64,000 bases of DNA from Candidatus Eiseniibacteriota bacterium (GCA_046598045.1 JBKJJJ010000174.1:32001-96000); one strand, 5' to 3'; numbered from the stretch's first letter, positions 27,805-38,245 are shown. Notes: generated by a model not told the origin, from the sequence alone. A program made the numbers and translations.

Positions 27805-28344
27805 ATGCCGGCCGTGATCCATGCGCTCATCAACGTGGTCATGCTGGTGCGCACGCTGATGCGCGTGCCGGCGTACGTGCTCGGCCTGTTGGCCGTCACC
27901 CTGTGGGTCAACGGGGCGAAGTCGCCCGGGATCGGGTTCTTCACGCCGGTGGTCATGATGCTGGCGGCCTCGACCCGGACGGCCTCGGACCTGCTCGAGT
28001 ATGTGGGCCGCGCCCGAGCGGCTGCCCAGCGGGCGCACTGGCCCCGGCCAAGCCCCTTGCGGCGTCAGGGGATGCGCTCTAATGTGACCCGGCCCGGGGC
28101 CCCGCCCGCTCAAGGATGGAGCATCCCCGGCCGATACCGTCAGGAGGCCGGCTTGCGCCGCTACGAATTGCAACTCTGGGAGCCGGACAAGGGTGGCTGG
28201 CGCACGGTCCTGACCGCGGCGAGCGCGGAAGTGCTCAAGCGCTCGGCGAGCACGCTCGAGTGGCAGACCCAGAAGCCCGTCCGGGTCCTGGGTCCCGACG
28301 GCGCCGTGCCTCACGGCGAGACCGAACTCGCCCATCGGGGGTAG
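27805..28344 (+). CDS. Hypothetical protein (possibly only a 63-aa ORF from TTG 28153)
   Basis: Hydrophobic N-terminal part; GGAGG precedes an in-frame TTG at 28153 (LRRYELQLWEPDKGGWRTVL). Confidence 0.4.
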   Translation: MPAVIHALINVVMLVRTLMRVPAYVLGLLAVTLWVNGAKSPGIGFFTPVVMMLAASTRTASDLLEYVGRARAAAQRAHWPRPSPLRRQGMRSNVTRPGAPPAQGWSIPGRYRQEAGLRRYELQLWEPDKGGWRTVLTAASAEVLKRSASTLEWQTQKPVRVLGPDGAVPHGETELAHRG

Positions 28345-28347
28345 ACC

Positions 28348-28530
28348 GTGCAGGGAATCAGCGAATTCTTCCATGCCATGGGCCGCGAGGCCGCTTCGCT
28401 CTGGGACCTGATCACCGTCTGGCTGATCTCGGTGTTCGATCCGCAGTCGGGGATGATGCCCAAGCTGATCTTCGGCGGGGCGCTGCTGGCGGTCGTCTTC
28501 TATATCTCGCGGCGGGGCACGAAGTCCTAG
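28348..28530 (+). CDS. Small membrane protein (60 aa)
   Basis: C-terminal hydrophobic helix followed by basic residues; host-like codon usage. Confidence 0.55.
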   Translation: MQGISEFFHAMGREAASLWDLITVWLISVFDPQSGMMPKLIFGGALLAVVFYISRRGTKS

Positions 28531-28533
28531 TTT

Positions 28534-29439
28534 CTAGCGGCTCGTTCGGGTGGAGAGTCCGACGCCCAACAGGATGAGCGCGGCGCCCACCGCTTGCGAA
28601 AGCGTCAAACCTTCCCTCAGCCACAACGCCGACGACCCGATCGCCACGATCGGCTCGAGTAGCGCCACGATCCCGGCGCGCGAGGCATCGAGGCGCGCCA
28701 ACCCCGCGTAGAACAGCCCGAACGGCACCAGCGCCGAGCCGAGCGCGATCACCAGGAACAGCCCCCACGCGCGCGCATCGTAGTGCGCGGCCACGATGAT
28801 CCCGGGCGGATGAAAGACCATCCAGAACAGCGTCGCCACCAGGAATCCGTAGAACAGCACCGTGTAGGGCGACAGCCGCGCGAGCAGCCGTTTCGCGTAT
28901 ACAATGTAAAAGGCGAAGAACAGCGCCGATGCGAGCCCGAGCGCGATCCCCCTCGGGTTCGCGCGCGCGACCGCCGCGCCATCGGCGAGCACCAGCAGCG
29001 CCACGCCGAGCGTCGCGCAGGCGAGCGCCACCAGTTCGAGCGGCCGCGGCGAGCGCCGCGCGGCGAGGGCCTCGTACGCGACCACGAGCGTGGGCGCGAG
29101 ATATTGCAGCAGGATGGCCAGGTTGACGCCCACCCAGCTGACGTTCGTGTAATACGAACCCTGCACGGCCGCGATGCCGAACGTGCCCAGCAGGAGCAGC
29201 GGCAGCACGTCGCCGCGCCCGATCCGGAACAGCGCCGGCCGAAACAGCGCGAAGATCCCTGCCAGGAGGACGACCGAGATCGCGAGCCGGAGCTCGACCA
29301 CGGTCAGCGGCGGCACGTCGTGCTTCATGGTCCAGCGCGCGAGCGTCGCGCTCGTGCCCCACAGCATGGTGGCGGCGATGACGCACAGGAACCCCGCGCG
29401 CGCCCTTGCCGCCGCCGTTGCCCCGGACTCGCCGCTCAG
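28534..29439 (-). CDS. DMT/EamA family transporter
   Basis: MLWGTS, ILLQYLAP, GI.LGL.SA.FFA.Y, LLEPIVA; about 10 TM helices; exact start uncertain. Confidence 0.88.
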   Translation of the reverse strand: MSGESGATAAARARAGFLCVIAATMLWGTSATLARWTMKHDVPPLTVVELRLAISVVLLAGIFALFRPALFRIGRGDVLPLLLLGTFGIAAVQGSYYTNVSWVGVNLAILLQYLAPTLVVAYEALAARRSPRPLELVALACATLGVALLVLADGAAVARANPRGIALGLASALFFAFYIVYAKRLLARLSPYTVLFYGFLVATLFWMVFHPPGIIVAAHYDARAWGLFLVIALGSALVPFGLFYAGLARLDASRAGIVALLEPIVAIGSSALWLREGLTLSQAVGAALILLGVGLSTRTSR

Positions 29440-30671
29440 TTCGCCTCCAGCACGAGACCCGGGCGATTCGACGTGTGCGCCAGCCTGGCGAGATCGACCG
29501 GGAGGATGTGCGCCCCGTAGCGCCGGTTGATCGCCTCGAGGAACACATTGGCGAGGATGCCCGAGCCCAGCGCGGTCGGATGGATGCCATCGAGGCTGAA
29601 CAGCCCGCCCGTGAGGAACGCGGTCGTGTAGCGCACGCCCCCGATCACGACGCCGTCATGGTTGATGCGGTCATAGGTCGTGTACTCGTCGACCAGTGCC
29701 GCGCCCCGGGCCTGGGCCTCGGAGGCGATCACGGCGTTGTAGCCCTGGACCGCGCTCTCGATCGCCGCGCGCTCGGCGAGCGTGATCACGAGGCTGTCGG
29801 GCAACGGCGGCGCCGGCGATGGAAAGCCGTAATGCGCCTGGATCAAGGGGATCGCTGTCAGGAGGATGAGCGTGCCGTCGGGCAGCAGCCCCGCGCCGTC
29901 GCGCAGGCGCACGGGCACGAGCGCGCCGCCCGGGCCGATCGGCGCCTGCGCCACGGGCGGTACGGTGGCCGCGTAGGGGATGAGCGTGATCGGCGGGATG
30001 TTCGAGAGCGCGAGGCGGGCGTTCGGCGCGCCGGCGGCGAGCGAGTCCATGAGCTGCGTGTAGAGCGTGGCGAACACCGGTACCGGAGTGATGGCCGTGG
30101 GGTCGCCACCGCGGAGCACGGGGCGCACGGCCTCGTTCGCGCCCAGTTCGACGGTGATGAACGTCGGGTTCTGCGCGATGCACTGCCTGAGCATTGCGCC
30201 GTGCCCCTGGAGCACGAAGTCGAAGTAGGGTACGCCGGTCTCCTGCGCGATCGCTGCGGCGACGCCCGCCCCGGAGATCGCGAGATTGTCGTAGCCGTCC
30301 GGCGGGCGCGCATTGTAGGGCGCGGACGGCGGCGTGCCTGGAAGCGTGCTGAACGTGAGCGGCGAGAGCGAGACCAGCGTGATCAGGTTCGGCAGTCCGG
30401 GCTCCCCGCACAAAGGCTGGCTGAACCCGCCGCCGTTCGCCCGCGCCTGGCGCGCGATCAGCCGGGGCACGGACGTGACCTGGTTCTGGGCCAGCAACCC
30501 GCCCGACCGGATGCCCATCGAGACGCTGGTGCCGATCGCGACGTAGCTCGAAAAGTCGGCTTCGCCGGTGCTCGATGCGGGCGGCGCGATCGGGTCGAGC
30601 TTTGCACATCCAGAGGCCAGCAGGACGAGCAGCGCAGCCGCGCTGGCATACCGGGTGCGATCGATGCGCAT
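29436..30671 (-). CDS. SGNH/GDSL-like lipolytic lipoprotein
   Basis: Lipobox LASGC; YVAIGTS, NLAISGA, LGANE, FSLDGIHPT. Confidence 0.82.
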   Translation of the reverse strand: MRIDRTRYASAAALLVLLASGCAKLDPIAPPASSTGEADFSSYVAIGTSVSMGIRSGGLLAQNQVTSVPRLIARQARANGGGFSQPLCGEPGLPNLITLVSLSPLTFSTLPGTPPSAPYNARPPDGYDNLAISGAGVAAAIAQETGVPYFDFVLQGHGAMLRQCIAQNPTFITVELGANEAVRPVLRGGDPTAITPVPVFATLYTQLMDSLAAGAPNARLALSNIPPITLIPYAATVPPVAQAPIGPGGALVPVRLRDGAGLLPDGTLILLTAIPLIQAHYGFPSPAPPLPDSLVITLAERAAIESAVQGYNAVIASEAQARGAALVDEYTTYDRINHDGVVIGGVRYTTAFLTGGLFSLDGIHPTALGSGILANVFLEAINRRYGAHILPVDLARLAHTSNRPGLVLEAN

Positions 30672-30690
30672 GGCGATCCTCCTCGCGCGG

Positions 30691-31989
30691 CTAGTGGAAG
30701 TGGAACCCGAGGCTCAGCCCCGAGAGAAACGTTCCGGTCGAGTAGGTGCCGTCGTAGCCGTCGCGATTCTCGCCCTCGGTCGAGCGGTCGGGCACGATCA
30801 ACCACAGCGCGTAGCCGTTCACGGAAACGTTGCGCCCGTCGCGGCCGAACCCGAGCGAGACGCCGTGGCGGTCGGAGTCGGGGAGCAGCGGGCCGAGGCT
30901 GGCGCGCGGTTGCGGCGTCTGGTCGAAGTAGTAGCCGGCGCGGTACGACCATGCCGCCGTGCCGCCCCTGCGATACTCGGTCCCGACGCGCACGTTGACC
31001 ACGTCCTTCCAGTCTTCGATCTGAGTGAAGTTCGCCGATGGCGTCTGCTCGAATGCGACCTCGAGCCGGTCGAATGTGCTCCACCACGTGAGATTGAGGT
31101 CGGCCTCGAACGCCCACGACGGGCACGATTGGTAGGCGATACCGAGCGACCCCTGGGCGGGGAACGGGATCGACGTCGCCACCCGCTGGTCGGGCGGGAA
31201 CGCGGCTGCCACGATGGGATCGAACAGCGGGTCGCCCGAGGGGGCCTGCGCGAAGTCGGCGCGCCCCGTGTATTCGATCCCGACGCGGCTCCGGTAGGTT
31301 GCGCCGAACTTGCAGCGGCCGGGCGGCCACCACTGCACGCCCAGGTTGTAGCCCGCGCCGAAGGTGCTCTCGCTCGTGAGAGCGACCCGCCCGACGTCCA
31401 CCGTCGCCTCGAGGTACGGATCGTACGCCGCGATGTGGCGCGCGAGCTCGACGTGCGAGACCACGAGGTTCGCGCCCGCCCCCACGCGCAGGCGATCGTT
31501 GAGCGTGACCGCGACCGTGGGCACGAAGAAGAACGGCGTGATCTTCGAGTGCGTGGAGATAAAGCGCCCCGAGTAGAACAACGGCATCGCCCACTCGACC
31601 TCGAGACCGTACGGGTTGTAGATCCCGATGCCCGCAGAGGCCTTGCGCCCGATGCCCTGCGCATAATAACCGGCCATCGGCACGAACGCCTCGGTGCGCG
31701 TGTTCTCATGCACGCCATAACCCGGGTTCGGGTCGACGCCGGCGAATTCGGTCTTGTAGAGGATCAGGTTCGGCGACAGAAGCAGCTCCTTGCCATCGAT
31801 GCGCGACAGTCCAGCCGGGTTGAAATAGATCGACGAGGGATCATCGGCACGCGCGGTGAACGCGCCCGCCTGTCCGGTCGCACGCGCGCCCTGTTCGTAC
31901 AGCCCGTAGCCGGCTGCGCGTGCGAGTGCGGGCGCGCACAGCATCAGCGTGGCGATCCCCAGGCAGCGCGCCCGGCGCGAGCTCTTCAT
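30691..31989 (-). CDS. fadL: Outer-membrane long-chain fatty acid transporter (FadL/OmpP1/TodX)
   Basis: GYGLYEQGARATGQAGA, ADDPS.IYFNPAG, LPDSDR, C-terminal aromatic residue. Confidence 0.9.
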   Translation of the reverse strand: MKSSRRARCLGIATLMLCAPALARAAGYGLYEQGARATGQAGAFTARADDPSSIYFNPAGLSRIDGKELLLSPNLILYKTEFAGVDPNPGYGVHENTRTEAFVPMAGYYAQGIGRKASAGIGIYNPYGLEVEWAMPLFYSGRFISTHSKITPFFFVPTVAVTLNDRLRVGAGANLVVSHVELARHIAAYDPYLEATVDVGRVALTSESTFGAGYNLGVQWWPPGRCKFGATYRSRVGIEYTGRADFAQAPSGDPLFDPIVAAAFPPDQRVATSIPFPAQGSLGIAYQSCPSWAFEADLNLTWWSTFDRLEVAFEQTPSANFTQIEDWKDVVNVRVGTEYRRGGTAAWSYRAGYYFDQTPQPRASLGPLLPDSDRHGVSLGFGRDGRNVSVNGYALWLIVPDRSTEGENRDGYDGTYSTGTFLSGLSLGFHFH

Positions 31990-33833
31990 GGCGTCCTCCC
32001 CGCGCTCGAATCCGGGTCGTGCGGAGCCGGGCCCGGAGTCTCGTGCCCGGCGTAGAGCGCGTCGATTTCATGCGCGTAGTGCTGGGCCACGATCTTGCGG
32101 CGCACCTTGAGCGTGGGGGTCAGCTCACCCTGGTCCTGCGAGAATTCCCGCTCGAGCAGGCGGAAGCGCTTGATCTGTTCGAAGCGCGCGAGGTCCTTCG
32201 TGAGCGTCATGATCTCGCTCTGCATGAATTCGACGATGGCCGGGTGTTTCACGAGGTCCTGACGCTCGACGTACGAGATGCCCTTCGCGCGCGCGTAGGT
32301 CTCGAGTTGCTCGAAGTTGGGCACGATCAGCGCGCTGATGAACGGGCGCTGGTCGCCGATCAGCACCGCCTCGGCGATGTACTTGCTGGTCTTGAGCGCG
32401 TTCTCGATCGGCTGGGGCGCGATGTTCTTGCCGCCCGCGGTGACCAGCAGGTCCTTCTTGCGGTCGGTGATCACGAGGTGTCCGTCCTCGTCGAGGTGGC
32501 CGATGTCGCCGGTGTGGAACCAGCCGCCCGTTATCGCCGCCTCGGTCTCGCCCGGGAGGTGGAAGTAGCCCTTCATCACGCCGGGCCCCTGCACCAGGAT
32601 TTCGCCGTCCTCGGCGATGCGCACGACCACGTTCGCGATCGGCGGGCCGACCGTGCCGGGCTTGTTGCGGGCAGGTCGGTTGACCGCGATCACGGGCGAG
32701 GTCTCGGTCAAACCGTAGCCCTCGAGCACGGGCAGCCCCGCGCCCAGGAAGAACTCCGCGATCTCGGCCCCGAGTGGCGCACCGCCGGAGACGAAGAACC
32801 GGATGCGCCCGCCCATGCGCGCGCGCAGCTTCGAGTACACGAGCTTGTCGAAGAGCGCGTGCTGGAGCGCGAGCCACGGCGGGATCGATTTGCGCGCGAC
32901 GAACAGCCGCGCCCAGCGCAGCGCCACCGCCTGCGCGCGCAGGAAGATCGCGCGCGGGAGCGGCCCGCCCGCGTGCGCGCTGTCGACCACGCGACCGTAG
33001 ATGCGCTCGAACAGGCGCGGCACCGCGAACACGACCGTGGGCCGGACCTCCTGCAGGTTGGCGGCGAACGCCTCCACGCTCTCGGCGTAGGCCACACTGA
33101 CCGCGCGCGAGATCATCGTGTAGTGCCCGGCCATGCGCTCGAAGATGTGCGACAGCGGCAAGACCGAGAGCGCCGAGTCGGCGGGCGAGATCTCGAACTC
33201 GAGGAGGCCGTCGCGCACGTTCGAGGCGAGGTTCGCATGGGTCAGCATCACGCCCTTGGGCACGCCCGTCGTGCCCGAGGTGTAGATCAGCGTGGCGATC
33301 GACTCCGGCGTGACCGCGTCGCCGAGCCGGGTCGCCAACGCCGGATCCGCGGCGAGCGCGGCGGCCCCTTCGGCGATCAGGGCATCCCACGTCACGGCAC
33401 CGATTGCTTCGCCCTGGGCGGGGTCCATCAGGATCGCCGCCTTGAGCGCGGGCAGCTCGCCGGCGATCGAGCGCACCTTCGCGAGCTGGGTCGCCGTCGA
33501 GACGAGGACGAGCCTGGACTCGGAGTCGTGGAGGATGTGGCGCACCTGGGCGGCGGTGAGCGTGGCGTAGATCGGCACCGTCGCCGCGCCCGCGGTCAGG
33601 ATGCCGAAGTCGCCGAGCGCCCATTCGAGGCGGTTTTCCGCCAGGATCGCCACCCGGTCCGCGGGCGCGATGCCGCGCGCGGACAACGCGGCGGCGAGGC
33701 GCTCGATCGTGCGCTGCGCATCGGCGGAGGAGACGTCCTGCCACGCGCCCGAGACCTTGTGGCGAAACGCATCGGGCCTCGGGTGGTCGCGAAACGCCGC
33801 TCGGTACAATTCGACCAGGGTCGTGAACGCCAA
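31986..33833 (-). CDS. fadD: Long-chain fatty acid-CoA ligase
   Basis: IYTSGTTGVPKG, LPLSHIFER, EGYGLTETSP, WFHTGDIG, DRKKD...GGKNIAP, LTPTLK; TTG start after GGAGG. Confidence 0.92.
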   Translation of the reverse strand: MAFTTLVELYRAAFRDHPRPDAFRHKVSGAWQDVSSADAQRTIERLAAALSARGIAPADRVAILAENRLEWALGDFGILTAGAATVPIYATLTAAQVRHILHDSESRLVLVSTATQLAKVRSIAGELPALKAAILMDPAQGEAIGAVTWDALIAEGAAALAADPALATRLGDAVTPESIATLIYTSGTTGVPKGVMLTHANLASNVRDGLLEFEISPADSALSVLPLSHIFERMAGHYTMISRAVSVAYAESVEAFAANLQEVRPTVVFAVPRLFERIYGRVVDSAHAGGPLPRAIFLRAQAVALRWARLFVARKSIPPWLALQHALFDKLVYSKLRARMGGRIRFFVSGGAPLGAEIAEFFLGAGLPVLEGYGLTETSPVIAVNRPARNKPGTVGPPIANVVVRIAEDGEILVQGPGVMKGYFHLPGETEAAITGGWFHTGDIGHLDEDGHLVITDRKKDLLVTAGGKNIAPQPIENALKTSKYIAEAVLIGDQRPFISALIVPNFEQLETYARAKGISYVERQDLVKHPAIVEFMQSEIMTLTKDLARFEQIKRFRLLEREFSQDQGELTPTLKVRRKIVAQHYAHEIDALYAGHETPGPAPHDPDSSAGRTP

Positions 33834-33943
33834 CCGTCCTCCGCTCGGTTCGAGGTGCGTCCACCATAGAACCCGCCCCGCCCCGCGCCAAGGGCCTTGA
33901 CGCCACACCTCGCGCTTGAAACAGTCGCGCCGGGAGGGCCTCC

Positions 33944-34732
33944 ATGCGTTCCATCCGATCCGCGTTTACTCTGGCACTTGGCTTCGTGGCGCTCGTCTGT
34001 GCGCCCGGGATGGCCGCCGCCAGCCCCGGGGCGGCGCTCGCGCTCGAGCGCGGCAAGACGGCCGAGCGCGCGTTCGACGTCTACAGCGCCTACGGCGAGT
34101 ACCGCAAGGCGGCGGCGATCGACTCCACCTCGTTCGAGTTGTGGTGGCGCCTCGCCCACGCCGCCGGCGACGCCGGGGACCGCGCCCAGTTCGATCATGA
34201 CAAGAAGCGCGCCGAGGCCGCGTTCGCCGAGGCGGTTCGCGCCGCGCGCCGGGCCGTCGCCCTCGAGCCGGGCGCCTACGAGGGCCATATCGAGCTCGCG
34301 TCCTCGCTCGGCCGCTTTGCGCTGTTCCAGGGCGGCAAGGCCAAGATCCGGATGGCGAACGAGGTCAAGCTCGAGGCCGACAAAGCGCTCGCGATCAACC
34401 CGCAATCGGATCGCGCGTACCACGTGCTGGCGCGCTGGAACCGCGCGATCGCCGAGCTGTCGTTCTTCGAGAAAGCGGCGGCAAGGGTCATCTTCGGCGG
34501 CGTGCCCGAGGGCGCGTCCATGAACAACGCGGTCACCCTGTTCGAGAAGGCGATCGCGCTCAATCCCGACCATGCGAACCACCGCCTCGAACTCGGGCGG
34601 ACCTATCTCGATCTCGGGCTCAAGGACAAGGCGCGCGAGCAGCTGACCCGCGCGCTCGCGTGCCCGCGGCAGAGTCCCTTCGACCCCGAGTACAAGGCGG
34701 ACGCGCAAGTGCTCCTGCGCCGGACGCACTGA
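33944..34732 (+). CDS. Exported TPR-like helical repeat protein
   Basis: Signal peptide; LWWRLA, A..A.ALEP, KAIALNP....HRLELGRTY. Confidence 0.8.
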   Translation: MRSIRSAFTLALGFVALVCAPGMAAASPGAALALERGKTAERAFDVYSAYGEYRKAAAIDSTSFELWWRLAHAAGDAGDRAQFDHDKKRAEAAFAEAVRAARRAVALEPGAYEGHIELASSLGRFALFQGGKAKIRMANEVKLEADKALAINPQSDRAYHVLARWNRAIAELSFFEKAAARVIFGGVPEGASMNNAVTLFEKAIALNPDHANHRLELGRTYLDLGLKDKAREQLTRALACPRQSPFDPEYKADAQVLLRRTH

Positions 34733-34738
34733 GGTTCC

Positions 34739-36061
34739 ATGGCGATCGGTATCGACGGGACCAACGGCCGGAGCATCGTGATCGTGGACGGACTGCGCAC
34801 GCCGTTCGCCAAGGCCGGTGCGGCGTTCAAGGACGTTCCCGCAGCCGAGCTCGGCCGCGTCGCGGTGCAGGAGCTGCTCGCGCGCACCGGCTTCGATCCC
34901 GCGAGGCTCGATGAAGTCGTGCTCGGCAATTGCGGCACGCCCGCGGACGCCGCGAACATCGGGCGCGTGTCCGCGCTCGAGGCCGGCGTGCCGAAGAGCG
35001 TGCCCGCGTTCACCGTGCACCGCAATTGCGCGTCGGGCATCGAGTCGATCGCCCAGGCCGCGTACAAGATCGGCGCGGGCGCGGCGCACGCGATCATCGC
35101 CGGCGGCACCGAGTCGATGTCGAACTATCCGCTGATGTTCGGCCACGACCTGGCGGAGGCGTTCGCGGCCTCGGCGCGCGGCAGGTCCCTGCCCGCGAAG
35201 CTCGCGCCGTTTCTCGGGCTCAAGCCCGCCGCGCTCCAGCCCCGCATTGCGATCCTCGAGGGGCTGAACGATCCGGTGAGCGGGCTCAACATGGGCCAGA
35301 CCGCCGAGGTCCTCGCGCGCGAGTTCGCGATTCCGCGGGAGGCGCAGGATGTGTTCGCGCTCGAATCCCATCGTCGCACGATCGCCGCGTGGGACGAGGG
35401 CCGTTTCAAGGACGAGGTCATCCCCGTCTATCCGGCGCCCACGTTCGCTCCGGTGGTCGAGGACGTTGGCCCGCGCCGCGAACAGACGCTCGAGCAGCTC
35501 GCGAAGCTCAGGCCGTTCTTCGACCGCCGCCACGGCACGGTCACCGTGGGCAACGCCTGCCCGATCACCGACGGCGCCGCCGCCGTGCTGGTGATGGACG
35601 AAGAGCGCGCACGCGCCGAGGGCTATCACCCGCTCGGGCGCCTGCGCTCGTTCGCGTTCGCCGGCCTCGACCCCGAGCGCATGGGGCTCGGGCCGGTGTA
35701 CGCCACGCCCGTGGCGCTCGCGCGCGCGGGCGTCACGCTCGACGACATCGCGCTGATCGAGATCAACGAGGCATTCGCCGCGCAGGTGCTCGCCTGCCTC
35801 GCCGCGTTCGAGAGCGACGCGTTCGCGCGCGAGAAGCTCGGCCTGGGCAAGGCGATCGGCGCGATCGACCCCGCGAAGCTCAACGTCAACGGCGGCGCGA
35901 TCGCGCTCGGCCACCCGGTGGGTGTGAGCGGGACGCGCATCGTGCTCACGCTGCTCAAGGAGTTGCGCCGTCGCGGCGGCGGACTCGGCCTCGCCACGCT
36001 GTGCGTCGGCGGCGGCCAGGGCGCGGCGGTGGTCGTCGAGTCGATGCCGGAGGCCGCGTGA
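34739..36061 (+). CDS. 3-ketoacyl-CoA thiolase (FadI/FadA-like)
   Basis: GLRTPFAK, HRNCASG, EINEAF, NVNGGAIALGHP, TLCVGGGQG. Confidence 0.93.
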   Translation: MAIGIDGTNGRSIVIVDGLRTPFAKAGAAFKDVPAAELGRVAVQELLARTGFDPARLDEVVLGNCGTPADAANIGRVSALEAGVPKSVPAFTVHRNCASGIESIAQAAYKIGAGAAHAIIAGGTESMSNYPLMFGHDLAEAFAASARGRSLPAKLAPFLGLKPAALQPRIAILEGLNDPVSGLNMGQTAEVLAREFAIPREAQDVFALESHRRTIAAWDEGRFKDEVIPVYPAPTFAPVVEDVGPRREQTLEQLAKLRPFFDRRHGTVTVGNACPITDGAAAVLVMDEERARAEGYHPLGRLRSFAFAGLDPERMGLGPVYATPVALARAGVTLDDIALIEINEAFAAQVLACLAAFESDAFAREKLGLGKAIGAIDPAKLNVNGGAIALGHPVGVSGTRIVLTLLKELRRRGGGLGLATLCVGGGQGAAVVVESMPEAA

Positions 36062-38241
36062 TCGCGCCCGAGCCCGCCGCTGCCGGCACGCTCGCGCCCA
36101 GCCTGTGGCGCTTCGAGACGCCGGGGGGCGGCGCGATCGGCGTGCTCGCGATCGATGCGCCCGAGCAGAAGGTCAACGTGCTTTCAGCCGAGGCGCTCGA
36201 CGAGCTCGGCGCGCAGCTCGAGCGCATTCCTCACTTCGGCATCTCGGGCCTGGTGATCACGAGCGGCAAGCCGCGCACGTTCGTCGCCGGCGCCGACGTG
36301 CGCGAGATCCAGGCAATCCAGAGTCCGGACGAGGGCGCGATGAAGGCCGCGCGCGGCCAGTTGATCTTCCAGCGCCTCGCGACGCTCGCTGTCCCGACGC
36401 TCGCCGCGATCGACGGCCTGTGTCTCGGCGGCGGCACCGAGCTCGCGTTGGCGTGCCGCTACCGCGTGGCTTCGGATTTCGAGCGCACGTTCCTCGGCCT
36501 GCCCGAGGTGCGGCTCGGAATCCTCCCCGGCTTCGGCGGCTCGACGCGATTGCCGCGCCTGATCGGCGTCCCCGCGGCGCTCGACCTGATCCTGACGGGC
36601 AAGACGGTCGACGCGTTGCGCGCGTTCAAGCTCGGCCTGGTGGACGACGTGCTGCCGCGCGAGGACTTCGTTCCGCGCGCGATGCGTTGGCTGTCGACGC
36701 GGCTCGATGCCGCGGCGTTCCAGCGCGTGCGCACCGAGCGCAAGCGCCGCCGCGCCGGCCCGCCCGCATGGGCGCTCGAGGGCAACCCGCTCGGCCGCGC
36801 GTTCGTGTTCGCGCAAGCGAAGAAGAGCGTGTTGCGCGAGACCCACGGCCACTACCCGGCGCCGCTCAAGGTGCTCGAGATCCTGCCGCACACCAGTCGC
36901 GGTCCGGTCGAAGAGGCGCTCGCGCTCGAGGCGCGCGCGGTCGGCGAGCTCCTGGTCACGCCCGAGCACAAGAACCTGCTCTCGATCTTCTTCCTCACCG
37001 AGGGCGCAAAGAAGGATCCCCCGACGCCCAGCGCCGTGGACGTGCATGCGGTCGGCGTGCTCGGCGCGGGGGTGATGGGCGGCGGCATCGCGTTCGCGCT
37101 CTCGGACTCCGGAATCCCGGCGCGGCTCAAGGACGTGGCGCCCGATGCCGTCGGCAAGGGACTGAAGGCGGCCTACGATCTCTACCAGCGCCGCGTGCGC
37201 CGCCGCCGCCTCAAGCCGGCGGAGCGCGATCGCAAGTTGCGCCTGATCGCGGGCGGCACCGACTACGCGGGCTTCTCGCGCCTCGACGCCGTGATCGAGG
37301 CGATCGTCGAGAAGCTGGAGGTCAAGCAGGCCGTGCTCGCCGAGGTCGAGGCCCGTCTTCCCGCGCATGCGATCCTGCTGACCAATACGTCGTCGCTCGA
37401 CGTCGACGCGATGGCGTCGCGCATGGCGGACCCCGGGCGCCTCGCGGGGCTCCACTTCTTCAACCCGGTCGACCGCATGCCGCTGGTCGAGATCATCGTG
37501 GGCGCGCGCACGTCGCCCGCGGCGACCGAGACCGCGCTCGCGCTCGCGCGCCGGCTCGGCAAGACGCCGGTCGTGGTCAAGAACGCGCCCGGCTTCCTCG
37601 TCAACCGCATCCTCATGCCCTACCTCAACGAGGGCCTCCACCTGTTCCGCGAGGGCGTGCACATCGAGACGCTCGACCAGGCGATGGTGGACTTCGGCAT
37701 GCCGATGGGACCGCTCCGCCTGCTCGATGAGATCGGGCTCGACGTCGCGGACAAGGTCTCGCACATCCTGGGCGCCGCGTTCGGCGATCGCGTCGATCCG
37801 GCGGGCGTGCTCGAGGCGATGGTCGCGGGCGGGCGCGTCGGCAAGAAGGGCGGGCTCGGCTTCTATCGCTACCGGGAGGGCACGGGCACGCCCGACCCGG
37901 CGGTCTATCCGCTGGCCGATCGCCCGTCGCGCGACGTGATCACCGCCGGGCCGGCGGCATGGCGCGAGCGCATGACGCTCGCGATGATCAACGAGGCCGC
38001 GCGCTGCCTCGAGGAGCAGGTCGTGGAGTCGCCCGCGCAGGTGGATCTCGCGATGATCATGGGCACGGGCTTCCCGCCGTTCCGCGGCGGGCTCATGCGC
38101 TACGCCGACACGCTCGGCCCCACGGTTGTCGCCGAGCGGCTGCGCGCGCTCGCGCAGGTGCATGGCGCGCGCTTCGAACCCTGCGCGCTGATCGTACACA
38201 TGGCGCAGGACGGGTACGTGTTCCGGCCGGAGTTCCGCTGA
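36058..38241 (+). CDS. fadJ: Fatty acid oxidation complex alpha subunit (enoyl-CoA hydratase / 3-hydroxyacyl-CoA dehydrogenase)
   Basis: FVAGAD, CLGGG.ELALAC, GLPEV.LG..PG, YPAP, GAGVMGGGIA, TNTSS, HFFNPV.RMPLVE, GFPPFRGG; GTGA overlap with the thiolase. Confidence 0.9.
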   Translation: MIAPEPAAAGTLAPSLWRFETPGGGAIGVLAIDAPEQKVNVLSAEALDELGAQLERIPHFGISGLVITSGKPRTFVAGADVREIQAIQSPDEGAMKAARGQLIFQRLATLAVPTLAAIDGLCLGGGTELALACRYRVASDFERTFLGLPEVRLGILPGFGGSTRLPRLIGVPAALDLILTGKTVDALRAFKLGLVDDVLPREDFVPRAMRWLSTRLDAAAFQRVRTERKRRRAGPPAWALEGNPLGRAFVFAQAKKSVLRETHGHYPAPLKVLEILPHTSRGPVEEALALEARAVGELLVTPEHKNLLSIFFLTEGAKKDPPTPSAVDVHAVGVLGAGVMGGGIAFALSDSGIPARLKDVAPDAVGKGLKAAYDLYQRRVRRRRLKPAERDRKLRLIAGGTDYAGFSRLDAVIEAIVEKLEVKQAVLAEVEARLPAHAILLTNTSSLDVDAMASRMADPGRLAGLHFFNPVDRMPLVEIIVGARTSPAATETALALARRLGKTPVVVKNAPGFLVNRILMPYLNEGLHLFREGVHIETLDQAMVDFGMPMGPLRLLDEIGLDVADKVSHILGAAFGDRVDPAGVLEAMVAGGRVGKKGGLGFYRYREGTGTPDPAVYPLADRPSRDVITAGPAAWRERMTLAMINEAARCLEEQVVESPAQVDLAMIMGTGFPPFRGGLMRYADTLGPTVVAERLRALAQVHGARFEPCALIVHMAQDGYVFRPEFR

Positions 38242-38245
38242 GCGA

